A stretch of 64,000 nt of DNA from an uncultured Planctomycetales bacterium (GTDB lineage Bacteria; Planctomycetota; Planctomycetia; Pirellulales; Pirellulaceae): positions 200,311-264,310 of the forward strand of contig CAWAVP010000025.1 in NCBI GenBank assembly GCA_963785495.1, written 5' to 3'. The notes below the pieces were generated by a model. The model was given only the letters and a program-made list of their open reading frames with translations. It did no database searches and was not told the DNA's origin. Shown here piece by piece: positions 1 to 10,700 of this stretch. The translations under genes and the position numbers were made by a program. Numbering within the stretch: the first letter of the stretch is position 1; the number at the start of each line of letters is the position of its first letter.

Positions 1-494
1 GCGTCGACGATCGCAATCATGCGCTCGACGACCTAAAAGCCAACACCGTGGTGGTTGTCGCGTTTACCTGCAATAGCTGCCCGTACGCCGTTGATTACCA
101 AGATCGCCTGATTGCATTCCAGCGCAAATTCGCCCAACGGAACGTCGCGTTGGTGGCGATCAATGTCAACAAGGGCGAAGAGGATCGACTGGCCGCCATG
201 AAAGTGCGGGCGGCGGAAAAGAAGTTCTCGTTTCCCTATCTTTTCGACGAAACTCAGCAAATTGCCCGTGATTATGGTGCCAACTATACGCCCGAGTTCT
301 TCGTGCTCAATCGTGATCGCCAAATCGTCTACATGGGGGCCATGGACGACAGCCCTGATGGATCGCAAGTGCAGGAACGCTACGTCGAACGGGCTGTCGA
401 AGCTGCGCTTGATGGGGGGATGCCCGACACCACGGAAACTGTAGCGATTGGCTGCGGCGTACGCTACGAGCGGGTACGGCGAACGCGTAAGTAG
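1..494 (+). CDS. thioredoxin-fold redoxin (TlpA/AhpC-TSA-like), 5' end outside window
   Basis: ORF 48..494 stays open in the same frame back to nt 3 (..VDDRNHALDDLKANTV|VVVAFTCNSCPY..), so the start lies upstream. It has a CxxC motif (CNSC) after the first strand. FSFPYLFDETQQIARDYGANYTPEFFVLNRD is typical of TlpA-like thiol-disulfide oxidoreductases. Confidence 0.75.
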   Translation, partial: VDDRNHALDDLKANTVVVVAFTCNSCPYAVDYQDRLIAFQRKFAQRNVALVAINVNKGEEDRLAAMKVRAAEKKFSFPYLFDETQQIARDYGANYTPEFFVLNRDRQIVYMGAMDDSPDGSQVQERYVERAVEAALDGGMPDTTETVAIGCGVRYERVRRTRK

Positions 495-595
495 TCCCGG
501 AACGAACTTGCGAAGCCGGCCGACAAGGTGTTGAATAAGGGGGCCTTCCCCACAACGGCTTCGGCCGACTTCCCGCCTCTGTTGGAGTACTGACG

Positions 596-1936
596 ATGCT
601 GACCCTTCACAGCGGACCGGTTTCGCGCGGTTTTTGCGACGCCCTGCCCCGTCGCTCGTTCCTCCAGATCGGCTCACTTGCCCTCGGTGGATTGACCCTG
701 CCGCGTCTGCTCCGCGCTGAAGCGGAAGTCGGCATCCGTTCATCGAGCAAGTCGATCATCATGATCTATTTGCCCGGTGGGCCACCGCATCAGGACCTGT
801 TCGATCTGAAACCGTCGGCTCCCGTGGAGATTCGTGGCGAATTCCAGCCGATTGCCACACGCGTGCCCGGCATCGAAATCTGCGAGCACTTGCCGGGACT
901 GGCGGAGCGGATGCAGCGGTTGGTGCTCTTGCGGTCGGTGGTGGGGGCGAAGGACCGGCACGAGTCGTTTCAGTGCCTAACCGGACGGCTGCGGGACAAC
1001 CAGCCGGCCGGCGGCTGGCCTGAACTGGGTGCGGTCCTGTCGAAGCTGAAGGGACCACAGGATATCTCGGTGCCGCCCTTCATCGGTCTCTCGCCACAGA
1101 TGCAGCATCGTCCCTACAATAACGGCTATGCGGGGTTCCTCGGTCCCGCTCATTCGGCCTTTCAACCCAACGGCGATGGCCGCGGTGATTTGACGCTCGG
1201 CAGCATTTCGGTCGATCGCTTGGGCAACCGCCGCCAGCTGCTGGCTTCTCTGGATGGCCTGCGCCGTCGTGCCGATAGTCTGCCGCAGGTGCAAGGCGCC
1301 GACGAGCTGCAACAGCAGGCCTTAGGCGTTCTGACTTCCAGTCGTTTGGCCGAAGCCCTGGATTTGGAGAAGGAAGACGCTGCAACTCGCGAGCGATATG
1401 GTGAAGGGACCGATCGCGTACAGGGCGATGCCGCTCCGCGGCTGAACCAACAGTTTCTACTGGCTCGCCGCCTGATCGAAGCCGGTGCCCGCTGTATCAC
1501 GCTAAGTTACAGCTTCTGGGATTGGCACGGTGACAACTTCCGTAACGGGCGGCGCAACATGCCGGACCTGGATCAGGCCGTGAGCGCATTGATTGACGAC
1601 CTCTACGATCGCGGCATGGATCGCGATGTGACGGTGATCGTCTGGGGCGAATTCGGTCGCACCCCACGCATCAACAAAGACGCTGGTCGTGACCACTGGC
1701 CCAATGTGAGTTGCGCGTTGATGGCCGGTGGAGGCATGCGAGTCGGTCAGGCAATCGGCACGACCGACCGTTACGGGGGCGAAGCGAAAGATCGTCCGGT
1801 CCATTTCCAGGAAGTTTTTGCCACGCTCTACCACAACTTGGGGATCGACCCACACAACATCACCGTCACCGACCTGACGGGTCGGCCTAGATACCTAGTT
1901 GACGCCGACTACAATGCGCTGCCCGAGCTTGTATAG
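596..1936 (+). CDS. DUF1501 domain-containing protein (sulfatase-like fold, Tat-type signal)
   Basis: Intact 446-aa ORF with ATG at 596 and GGAG about 10 nt upstream. Twin-arginine-like N-terminus (LPRRSFLQIGSLALGG). Family signatures PGGPPHQDLFDLKP, FWDWHGDNF, GEFGRTPRIN..GRDHWP. Confidence 0.9.
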   Translation: MLTLHSGPVSRGFCDALPRRSFLQIGSLALGGLTLPRLLRAEAEVGIRSSSKSIIMIYLPGGPPHQDLFDLKPSAPVEIRGEFQPIATRVPGIEICEHLPGLAERMQRLVLLRSVVGAKDRHESFQCLTGRLRDNQPAGGWPELGAVLSKLKGPQDISVPPFIGLSPQMQHRPYNNGYAGFLGPAHSAFQPNGDGRGDLTLGSISVDRLGNRRQLLASLDGLRRRADSLPQVQGADELQQQALGVLTSSRLAEALDLEKEDAATRERYGEGTDRVQGDAAPRLNQQFLLARRLIEAGARCITLSYSFWDWHGDNFRNGRRNMPDLDQAVSALIDDLYDRGMDRDVTVIVWGEFGRTPRINKDAGRDHWPNVSCALMAGGGMRVGQAIGTTDRYGGEAKDRPVHFQEVFATLYHNLGIDPHNITVTDLTGRPRYLVDADYNALPELV

Positions 1937-2023
1937 CTTCTGTCAACGCAGCGGTCGCGCAGAAAAATAACACCAACAATGGCTGTCATTCTGCGCGCCC
2001 CTCGGCGTCCTTGAGTGCGGCGA

Positions 2024-3707
2024 TTAATTCACCAGTGGCAACCAGGCGGCGCCGGCCAGCGTGACCAGCAAACCGACCAGACCCATGAGCGTCAGCACGA
2101 CAGAAAAGGTCCGCAGCGATTCGGATTCTGTCATGCCGCTCATCCGCGTGATCACCCAAAACCCGCTATCGTTCATCCAGGGAATCGGTTTCGATCCGCA
2201 ACCAATCGCCAGCGCTATGTAGACGGGGTGAAACGGCAATTTGACGGATTGAGCCAGCGGGGCGACGATGCCCACGGCGGTAATCATGGCCACGGTCGCG
2301 GAACCCTGTGCGATGCGAATGACGGTAGTGATCAAGAACGCCGCCAACAAGAGGGACAATCCGCCCTGCGCAACGGGGAATCGCTGTTGAATGGTGGCGG
2401 CGATGCCGCTCTGTCGCAGCACCTGTCCAAATGCGCCTCCGGCCGCGGTGATCAGCACGATATTGCCCGCGTTCAACAGCGCGTCCTGCACCGACCGCAT
2501 CGGATCGAGCCCCACCGGATGATAGCGAACCAACATGACCAGCGCGATGACGGTGGCCAAGCCCAGCGCCACGTGCTTGTCTCCCAGCGTCTGCCAAATG
2601 GCCCGCAGCGCACCGACGCCGGGAGTTGTGGCCGACCCCCAGTCCAGTTGCAACAGCGTACCCGCCGAAAGCAATGCGACCGGCAGCGCGATGGGCAGAA
2701 AAGCCAACCAAAGGGGCGGCCGGGGCCGCTGGGCCGTATCCACTTCGGTGGCCCGCGACCCCCGCCTCATCGCGCAGGGGCAGAACCCAACGCCGATTGG
2801 CCCACAGCGCGTAAACAAAGCCGCTGCTGACGGCGATTGCGCCAACAATACAGCCGGCCAATATCATCATTCCCAGTCCCACGTTCAGTTCGGCGGCTAC
2901 CAGCAGCGGCCCGGGCGTTGGCGGCACCAAGGAATGGGCCATCGTGGCGCCGATGATAATGGACAGGATGTATAGCAGGTAGTTACGTCCCGTCCGCTGC
3001 GCCATGGCGCGGGCCAGGGGGAGCAGCAAGTAGAAGACCGTATCGAAGTAAACGGGAATTCCGATCACGAAGCCACTCAAGGCAAACGCCAAGGGCGTGT
3101 TGCGTTCGCCTAAGCCCGCTCGCGCCGCGGCGACAATCTGTTCCGCTCCGCCGCTGTCCAGCAGGCATTTGCCGATGATCGCCGCCATGGCAATGACTAT
3201 CCCAATCTTGCCGCAGGTACTGCCGAAACCTTCGGCTAGCCGCGTCGGCCAGCGTTCGCGGCTCGCAGCGAGGGCGGCATCCAGCTGACGAGAATCGATC
3301 AGCAGATCACCGGGTCCGGGTGTTCGGTCAGCGCCGGCAGGGGACAACAATTGGACATCCACCGTATCGGCAGGCGGTGGCTCTGAGTTGGGGACAGCAA
3401 GCGGCCGCAGTTCGACTTGTCCTTCGTCATGGACGCCGTTGTCCTGGCGGACCAACGTCACCCATCGAAAAACGGCCGGCAAACTCAACCTCGCCGCGGA
3501 CCGCAACGTCGCCACGCCCTCGGGCGAGATGCTTTCGATCGGCACCACGTGGTCGTGGACCTCACGGAAGTAGATTCCTTGCGACGAGGTCAGCGAGGCG
3601 ACGACGACACCGCCTGCCAATAAGGCCAAAAATGCGTGTAGTCGAAGTCGGAGCACCGCCAACACGACGACGCTCATGCCCAACAGCAAAATGACAAGCG
3701 GATCCAT
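2024..3707 (-). pseudogene. GntP-family (gluconate/sugar-acid:H+) permease; frame broken once
   Basis: Fragments are 2166..3713 (N-terminal two thirds, meaningful up to ..WANRRWVLPLRDEAG) and 2024..2848 (C-terminal part from ..SRATEVDTAQRPRPPLWLAFLPIALPV). They join at the C5 run 2759-2763. Motifs: GKIGIVIAMAAIIGKCL, IPVYFDTVFYLLLPLA, ITAAGGAFGQVL, VIRIAQGSATVAMIT, NDSGFWV. ATG at 3707 (the track start at 3713 is TTG). Confidence 0.85.
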
Positions 3708-3807
3708 CGCCAATTTCCTTGGGTCGTGAGAGACAATGGGGCAGACGGTCGGACCATGTTACAATCCGTGCATTCTGGATGCGAGCAAACCTTAGGAAAC
3801 GAATGAA

Positions 3808-5552
3808 ATGAGCGAAGATTCCTCTGCACTCCCTGATCGCAGTCCCGAGCAATTGCGCAGTTTTCGGTGGTTCGGCCCAGACGATCTGCGTTCCTTCGGC
3901 CACCGATCGCGATTGAAGGGAATGGGCTTTGACGACGACGACTATTTGGGAAAACCGATCATCGGCTTGCTAAACACCTGGAGTGACCTGAATACTTGTC
4001 ATTCGCATTTGCGTCAGCGCACGAAGAAGTTAAACGAGGCGTGTTGCAGGCGGGTGGGTTTCCCGTGGAAGTGCCGGTGATGTCGCTCGGCGAAATCCTG
4101 ATGAAACCCACGACAATGTTGTATCGCAATTTGTTGGCGATGGAGGCGGAAGAAGTAATCCGCTGCCACCCCCTGGACGGTGTCGTCTTGATGGGTGGCT
4201 GCGACAAGACGACTCCCGCGCTGCTGATGGGCGCGATCAGTGCAAACGTCCCGGCGATTTTCTTTCCAGCCGGCCCCATGCTCAACGCGCGATGGAAAGA
4301 CCAAACGCTGGGCAGCGGCAGCGATGGTTGGAAATACTGGGCCGAACGATGTGCCGGCAATCTGTGCGACGATGCGTGGCGAGAAATCGAGAATAGCATC
4401 GCCCGTTCGCCCGGCCATTGTATGACCATGGGCACCGCCTCCACCATGGCCTCAATCGCCGAGGCCCTGGGGATGATCCTGCCGGGCGGTTCGTCCATCC
4501 CGGCCGTCTTGTCCGAACATTCTCGGTTGGCCGTCGCCACCGGACGGCGCATCGTCCAAATGGTCTGGGATGATCTCAAGCCGTCGCACGTCATCACGCG
4601 GGGCTCTTTCCAAAACGCCATCGTGACGGATATGGCCATCAGCGGCTCAACCAACGCCATCGTGCACCTGATCGCTCTGGCGCGTCGAGCTGGCATCGAT
4701 CTGACGATGGACGATTTCGATCGCCTTTCGCGCACGACGCCGGTCGTCGCTAACATCCGCCCCGCTGGCAAGTACCTGATGGAGGATTTTTACAATGCGG
4801 GCGGACTACGCGCGTTGCTCAACCAGATAAGTGATCTCCTTGACCTGAGTTGCCGTACCGTCAGCGGACAAACCATGGGCGAGGCCATCGCAGACGCCGA
4901 AGTGATTGACGCCCAGGTAATCCTGCCGCGCGAAACGCCGCTGGCACCCACGGGCGGCACCTTCGTGTTGCGCGGCAATCTCGCGCCGCACGGTTGCGTC
5001 ATCAAACCAACCGCCGCCGATCCGCGGCTGCTGAACCATCGCGGACCCGCGGTCGTTTTTCGCGACTACAACGACTTGCACGCGCGGTTGAACGACGAAT
5101 CCTTGGACATCACACCCGATTCGGTGGTTGTCCTGCAAAGTGCCGGCCCCCTGGGCGCGCCGGGTTTTCCGGAATGGGGCATGTTGCCGATCCCCACCAA
5201 GCTGTTGCGGCAAGGCGTACGCGATATGGTCCGCATTTCGGACGCCCGAATGAGTGGCACGAGCTACGGAACCTGCATCTTACACGTCTCGCCCGAATCC
5301 CATGTCGGTGGCCCATTGGCCCTGGTACGCGACGGCGATCTCATTGAACTGGACGTCCCACAGCGACAGATCCAACTGTGCGTCGACGACAGCGAACTCG
5401 CGCAACGACGGCAAGCTTGGCAACCGCCACCTCCCAAGTTCGAACGGGGCTACGGCTATCTGTTTGCGCGACACGTCACGCAGGCACACGAGGGTTGCGA
5501 TTTCGACTTTTTACAGAAGCCCGGTCAAAATCGCGAACCGGAAATCCACTGA
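3808..5552 (+). pseudogene. IlvD/Edd-family dehydratase (dihydroxy-acid or sugar-acid dehydratase); frame broken once
   Basis: Fragments 3808..4080 (..GKPIIGLLNTWSDLNTCHSHLRQR) and 3996..5552 (..EEVKRGVLQAGGFPVEVPVMSLGE..GGCDKTTPALLMGA..). The junction is at ~4020 and is restored by one extra base. Total ~581 codons, as expected for the family. It is divergent from the GntP permease. Confidence 0.85.
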
Positions 5553-5756
5553 CCGCGACATCCCGATCGCCCCCACCGCGCGACCCTTGCTGTTGGTCCT
5601 GCAACGTGGTTCGGCTCACGGGCGATTGTCCTTCGACAACTTCAGCCAAGTCGGCACGATCGGTACCTGGCCACATTGATCGCACGAACTTTGCGAGTGC
5701 GTCGATAAACCTACAGTGCGTTAACTTTCTTTAACTCTCGTCGCAGGGAGGCATGC

Positions 5757-6218
5757 ATGAGTGGGTCGCGTCGCCGTTTTCTCGCCCGACTGGCAAGTAG
5801 CCTGATAGTGCCGATCGCCACGCGGTCGTGGGCCAGTGAACTCGACCGGACAAGCTGGCAGACCGATTTCGCCCGCGCTCAACGGATCCGCGTCGCGCAA
5901 CAGCGGCCTCTCTTGGTATTCGTCACGACGGACGGTTGCCCCTATTGCCACAAGATGATGCGGAAAACCTACACCGAGGCCGGCATCGCCGCCGAAGCGG
6001 CTGAAACGTTTTTGCTAACGGTCGTCAACAGTTCGCAGCAGGCAGACGTGGCAAAGCAACTGGGAGTTCGAATCTACCCGACCACCTATTTGATCGATGC
6101 CGATAACCGTCTGATTGACCGGATTGAGGGCTATGTCCCGGCGGATCAATTTCGCAAACGGTTGGCGGTCGCATCGCGTCGCCTGGCCAGTCGCGCCACC
6201 GACGCTTTGCCACGGTAG
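5757..6218 (+). CDS. exported thioredoxin-like protein (CPYC active site, Tat-type signal)
   Basis: Intact 153-aa ORF with GGGAGG 6 nt upstream of the ATG. N-terminus MSGSRRRFLARLASSL matches the S-R-R-x-F-L Tat motif. FVTTDGCPYCHKM followed by ..VRIYPTTYLID.. gives the thioredoxin fold. Confidence 0.8.
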   Translation: MSGSRRRFLARLASSLIVPIATRSWASELDRTSWQTDFARAQRIRVAQQRPLLVFVTTDGCPYCHKMMRKTYTEAGIAAEAAETFLLTVVNSSQQADVAKQLGVRIYPTTYLIDADNRLIDRIEGYVPADQFRKRLAVASRRLASRATDALPR

Positions 6219-6268
6219 GCGGGCGATGAGACCGGCATGGGAAGCCGCCCGGTAACCATCGACGCGTG

Positions 6269-7280
6269 TCATTTTTCGGACAGCGGGATGTCGCGGAACT
6301 GTTGATGACAGGCCTGACAGTTCGCCTGAATCGCAGCAAAGTGTTGGTTCGGGATGGCAGTGGGCGGCCGCGATGCTGTTTGCTGTTCGGCCTGCTCCAG
6401 TTGCTCGCGCAATTCTCGCGACTCGCGGCCTGATGCCTCCAACAGTTGGCGAAACGCGAGCGGTCGACGTTCCACGTCCGGCGCCCTTAGCAGTTCCGCA
6501 AAATGCTCTTCCAGTAAGAGGGCCTCATGTGCCGCCCGCAGTCCGGACGTCGGAGCTTCGGTCGGCCAATCGGCGGCGGCTAATTCCCGCAGATGATCGG
6601 CCGTGTGCTCCAGCGCGACCATGGCTTCGGCCATCGGCGGCAGTTGTACAGCGGCCTGATAGACGAAGTCCAACTGATCCAACCGGGCATCTTCGATCCG
6701 GCTCGCCTGGGCGACCGACTGATAGAGTCCGCGGTAGCGGGTTCGTCCCGGCCTGTTTCAGGAAGGCGTTGGCCGTCTTATTGTCGATAAACCCCACCCC
6801 CACACAAGCCACGGCAGCGGCAGCGGGGCTACGATGTTTGCCGTGGTGGCAGTGAATATAGACTGGCCCTGGCAGTTCACGCAGGGCCTTCGCCAATTGC
6901 ACGCCTCGGTCGCTGGGAATACCGTCGTAGCCATGAGGCAGATGAACGTATCGCAAGCCATGCCGTGCCGCCGTGGCGATGTCGGGTCGGGCGCCATCGA
7001 CACTAATGACCGTCTTCACTCCTAGCGCCGCCAACCGTGCAAATCCCGCATCCCCTTCCGGCTGACCGCCCGAGTAAACCTCCGGGCAAAGTCGAAACGC
7101 GTTGGGCAACGCCAAGTCGGTGACCGCCTGCGGCCGCGGCAACTCCGTCGCGGCCGACGGCTCAGACCCATTTGCAGCGGCCGCGATCGGGCATGACGCC
7201 AGACAGATCGCGGCAGAAATTAGAATTGGGCGACTGCAGTTGGGTACCAGGCGAATTTCACGGATCGCGCCACTTCTCAC
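6269..7280 (-). pseudogene. PTP/dual-specificity-like phosphatase domain fused to a C-terminal cytochrome c'-like heme domain; frame broken once
   Basis: Fragment 6525..7280 has a signal-like N-terminus and the CX5R phosphatase loop VYIHCHHGKHRSPAAAAV. It is meaningful up to ..NAFLKQAGT. Fragment 6269..6682 is open upstream to ..RYRGLYQSVAQASRIEDARLDQLDF.. and is all-helical, ending in ANCQACHQQFRD (CxxCH 12 residues before the stop). Junction ~6745-6755. Confidence 0.7.
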
Positions 7281-7411
7281 GAATCATGCTCCTTTCAATT
7301 CGTCTCCTCTGGAAGCGAATCGGCCAGCCCGCACACTTCTCGATTCTTACAGCTTTCGCGCTAGCGTGCAATCAAGGCCCACCCGCGCTCGCGTCTGTCC
7401 GGATCGGCTCG

Positions 7412-7482
7412 CTGACACCCCATCCGGCCAATGGTGAATCTGTCAAAGGAAGGAGGAAAGAGAGGGGACTCGGGTGAGTCGC
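7412..7482. repeat. intergenic GC-rich repeat element, copy D (degenerate core CCCCATCCGGCC)
   Basis: CTGACACCCCATCCGGCC..GGAAGGAGGAAAGAGAGGGGACTCGGGTGAG. It shares the core, the purine-rich GGAAGGA block and the terminal CGGGTGAG with copies at 28470 and 32723. It lies between divergent genes. Confidence 0.5.
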
Positions 7483-7767
7483 CTTCTCGCATGGCAGGCG
7501 TTGGTGTCAAGAATCCGAAATCCCCCCACACCATGGGGCAGCAGATCCGCTCGATTTTTTGCAAGCGTCCGTAATTGGCATCCGTTAAAATGCGCCGCAG
7601 TTGAATCGGGGCGACGATTCGTCGGTGCGCTTGATTTGTGTACCGACCGAGATGTGTGATGTGCGTTGCTGAGCTCTTTATCAGCGACGATAGCAGGTCA
7701 TGATCGACCCCCGCGGCGGCGAATATCTTGGATCAGTGATTTTGCAGCAGACCCTTGAAGGACCTCA

Positions 7768-10700
7768 ATGATGCGTAGGCGGAAACCTCGTCATTCCCAT
7801 ACTTCCATATTGCGTCGAGATGATCATGTTGGGGCGTTGGGACGACGATCAGCGCGGGGTAACGCCCGTGAACGGATTGCACTTCAGACCGAACCCCTAG
7901 AGGCCCGCCAGTTGTTGGCGGGGGACCTGGTGGGTTACTGGCTGGCCGACCAGATTGCGGCCGCCGACGGTGACGCCATCTCCAGTTGGACAGGCCAGGA
8001 AGGCTTGGAGGCCAGCGCCCAGGGGTCACCCACTTTCGTCGCGGACGCGATCAACGGGCGGGCGGCCGTCCGGCTTGATCCGACCGACGATTTGGACGGC
8101 TTTCGCCTGCGATCGGCGATCAATCCGTTGTCCGGTGCCAATGACTTTTCCGTCGCGGTGGTCTTTGTCACCGATTCGAACAACCTGTTGGGCGGCAGTC
8201 AGGAATGGTTCAAGAACTCGGCGTTGGTCGATTCCGGCGCGATGGGTTTCGCGACCGATTGGGGAACGAGCATCAACAACGCCGGGCAGGTCGCGGCAGG
8301 GATGGGCGGAGGCTTTGCCGCGACGCCGCAGACGATGTATTCCACTGCCGGTGGCTTAAACGACGGGCAGACACATTCCCTGGTGGTGACGCGGTCGGGC
8401 GGGACGATGTCCCTGTACGTCGACGATCAGGCGGTCGTCACGCAAAACAACTTCGACGTGAATCCTCGCAATTCGTTGGACGTCACGTGGGGAATGCTGC
8501 AAAACAATACGAATCCGTTCGAGGGCCAGATCGCTCAAGTGCGACTCTACAACGGCACTCTGGACGCGAACGAAGTTGCCACGCTGCAATCAGAAATCAA
8601 CACGTATTACAGTAACTCGGCACCGGTCGCGCAGGACGACCAGTACGCGCTAGACGAGGATCCGTCGCTTTACTTTATTTCGGCCGCACAGGGCGTATTA
8701 AAGAACGACACCGACGCCGACGGTGAACGCTTGACGGCCGTGCTCGTGACGCCTCCCCAACACGGCGATATCGTCCTCAACGCCGACGGGTCCTTTGCGT
8801 ATTCTCCGGCAAGCGACTACTTTGGCCCGGACTCGTTTACCTACACGGCGAACGACTTCCGTCCCAGCAATATTGCCACGGTCACGTTTGATATCCGTCC
8901 AGTCTACGATCCTCCCGTCGCACAGCGTGACGAGTACAAAGCGGTACCTTCGCAGACGCTGACCGTGGCCGCGGCCGAGGGCGTGTTGGCCAACGATCGG
9001 AACATCGACAATGCGGTGATGACCGCGGTGCTGGAACAGGACGTTAGCAACGGCACGCTCGTGCTGCGTCCCGACGGTTCGTTCGATTACACCGCCGGCG
9101 GATTCTCGGGCGTTGCCACGTTCTCCTATCGCGCCTCGGATGGGCAGAATTCCACGCCCCCGGCTACCGTGACGTTGATTGTCAACACGCCGCCTGCTCC
9201 CCAGGACGATCAGTATGCGGTCGACGAGGATCAAACATTGACGATCGACGTTACTAGCGGCATTCTGGCGAATGATGTGGACGCCGATGGCAATCCGCTG
9301 ACGTTGACTCTGGAAACCGAGACGACCAACGGCACGCTGGATTTGGCCGACGATGGTTCTTTTACCTACGTACCGAATGCAGATTTCTTTGGCGAAGACC
9401 AGTTCACGTATTCGGTCAGTGACGGTGTCGACCCCGCCGGCCCCGTGACCGTCCACGTGACGATCAATCCGGTCAATGATCCGCCTCAGATCGTCGCCGA
9501 CGCGTACGTCGCCACCAGTTCGCGATTGGACGTCGACGCCTCGCGCGGTGTGCTGTCCAACGACGTGGATATCGACGGTCCCCAATTAACGGCCGAATTG
9601 GTCGACGGACCGAGCAATGGCAGCCTGGCGCTGCAGCCCAATGGTGAGTTTATCTACCAGCCGAACGCCGGCTTCACGGGACAGGATCGCTTTACGTATC
9701 GCGTCAACGATTCGCTCGCGACAACCGAAGTTGCGGAAGTCCTGATTGTGATCCAACCGAGCACGCCCAACGTGGCAAATCCGACCGGCGATTCGATCGT
9801 GACGTTCAACGAGATCATGTACAACCCGGACGGTGCCCAGAGTCGTCTGGAGTGGGTCGAACTGCGCAACCAAATGGGCATCAACATGGACATTTCCGGG
9901 TGGTGCGCTGACCGGCGGTATCTACTTCCCCTTCCCGGAAGGCACCGTGATTCCCGGCAACGGCTACTTGGTGGTGGCCGCCAATCCAGCGGGTCTGGAA
10001 GAGGATACGGGGTTTGTCGGCGCGGTGGGTCCGTACTCCGGCAGGCTGGATAACGGTGGCGAGGAAATCCTGCTGCGGAACAACTCCGACCGGATCATGG
10101 ACATCATGAATTACAACGATGCCGGCGATTGGCCCGTCGGTCCCGATGGATCGGGCGCAACGTTGGCCAAGCGCAGCGGACATCTGGCGTCGGGCGATGC
10201 GTTCAACTGGACGACCAGCCTCCAGGTCGGTGGTACGCCAGGCGCTGACAATTTTCCTCCCTATGACCCCACTCCCGTAAATCAGACACTTCTGGATTGG
10301 GACACCGCCGTCGCGTACGCGGACCAAGGGACCGATCTGGGCACCGCGTGGCGTGATCTGGGATTTGATGATTCGGCGTGGTCCACCGCCACGGGCATTT
10401 TTCAGGCGGGCGACCCCCATTTCCCGCCCGATAACGTTGGCGGGCTGGCCGAACCAGGTGAGGGGCTGTACGCCTATTGGCCGCTCGATGAATCCAGCGG
10501 TACGGTGGCACCGAACTTGGTGGCCGGGGGCGTTGAAGGCAGTTTGCAGCGGAGCCCTCGCTGGGCTTCCGATCCCGATCGAGGCCAGGTGCTGACTCTG
10601 GATGGAATTAACGACCATGTGATCGCCGGCGAATTGCCAGCTCTCGCTGTGAACGACGATTTCACGTGGTCGTTGTGGTTCAAGCAGGACCAAGCCCGCA

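Noticed and set aside
1956-1997. Inverted repeat CGCGCAGAA (1956-1964) / TTCTGCGCG (1989-1997) between the convergent DUF1501 and GntP genes, as a possible bidirectional terminator.
   Set aside because: The 9-bp stem encloses a 24-nt loop and has no flanking T/A tract, so the evidence is too weak to call a terminator.
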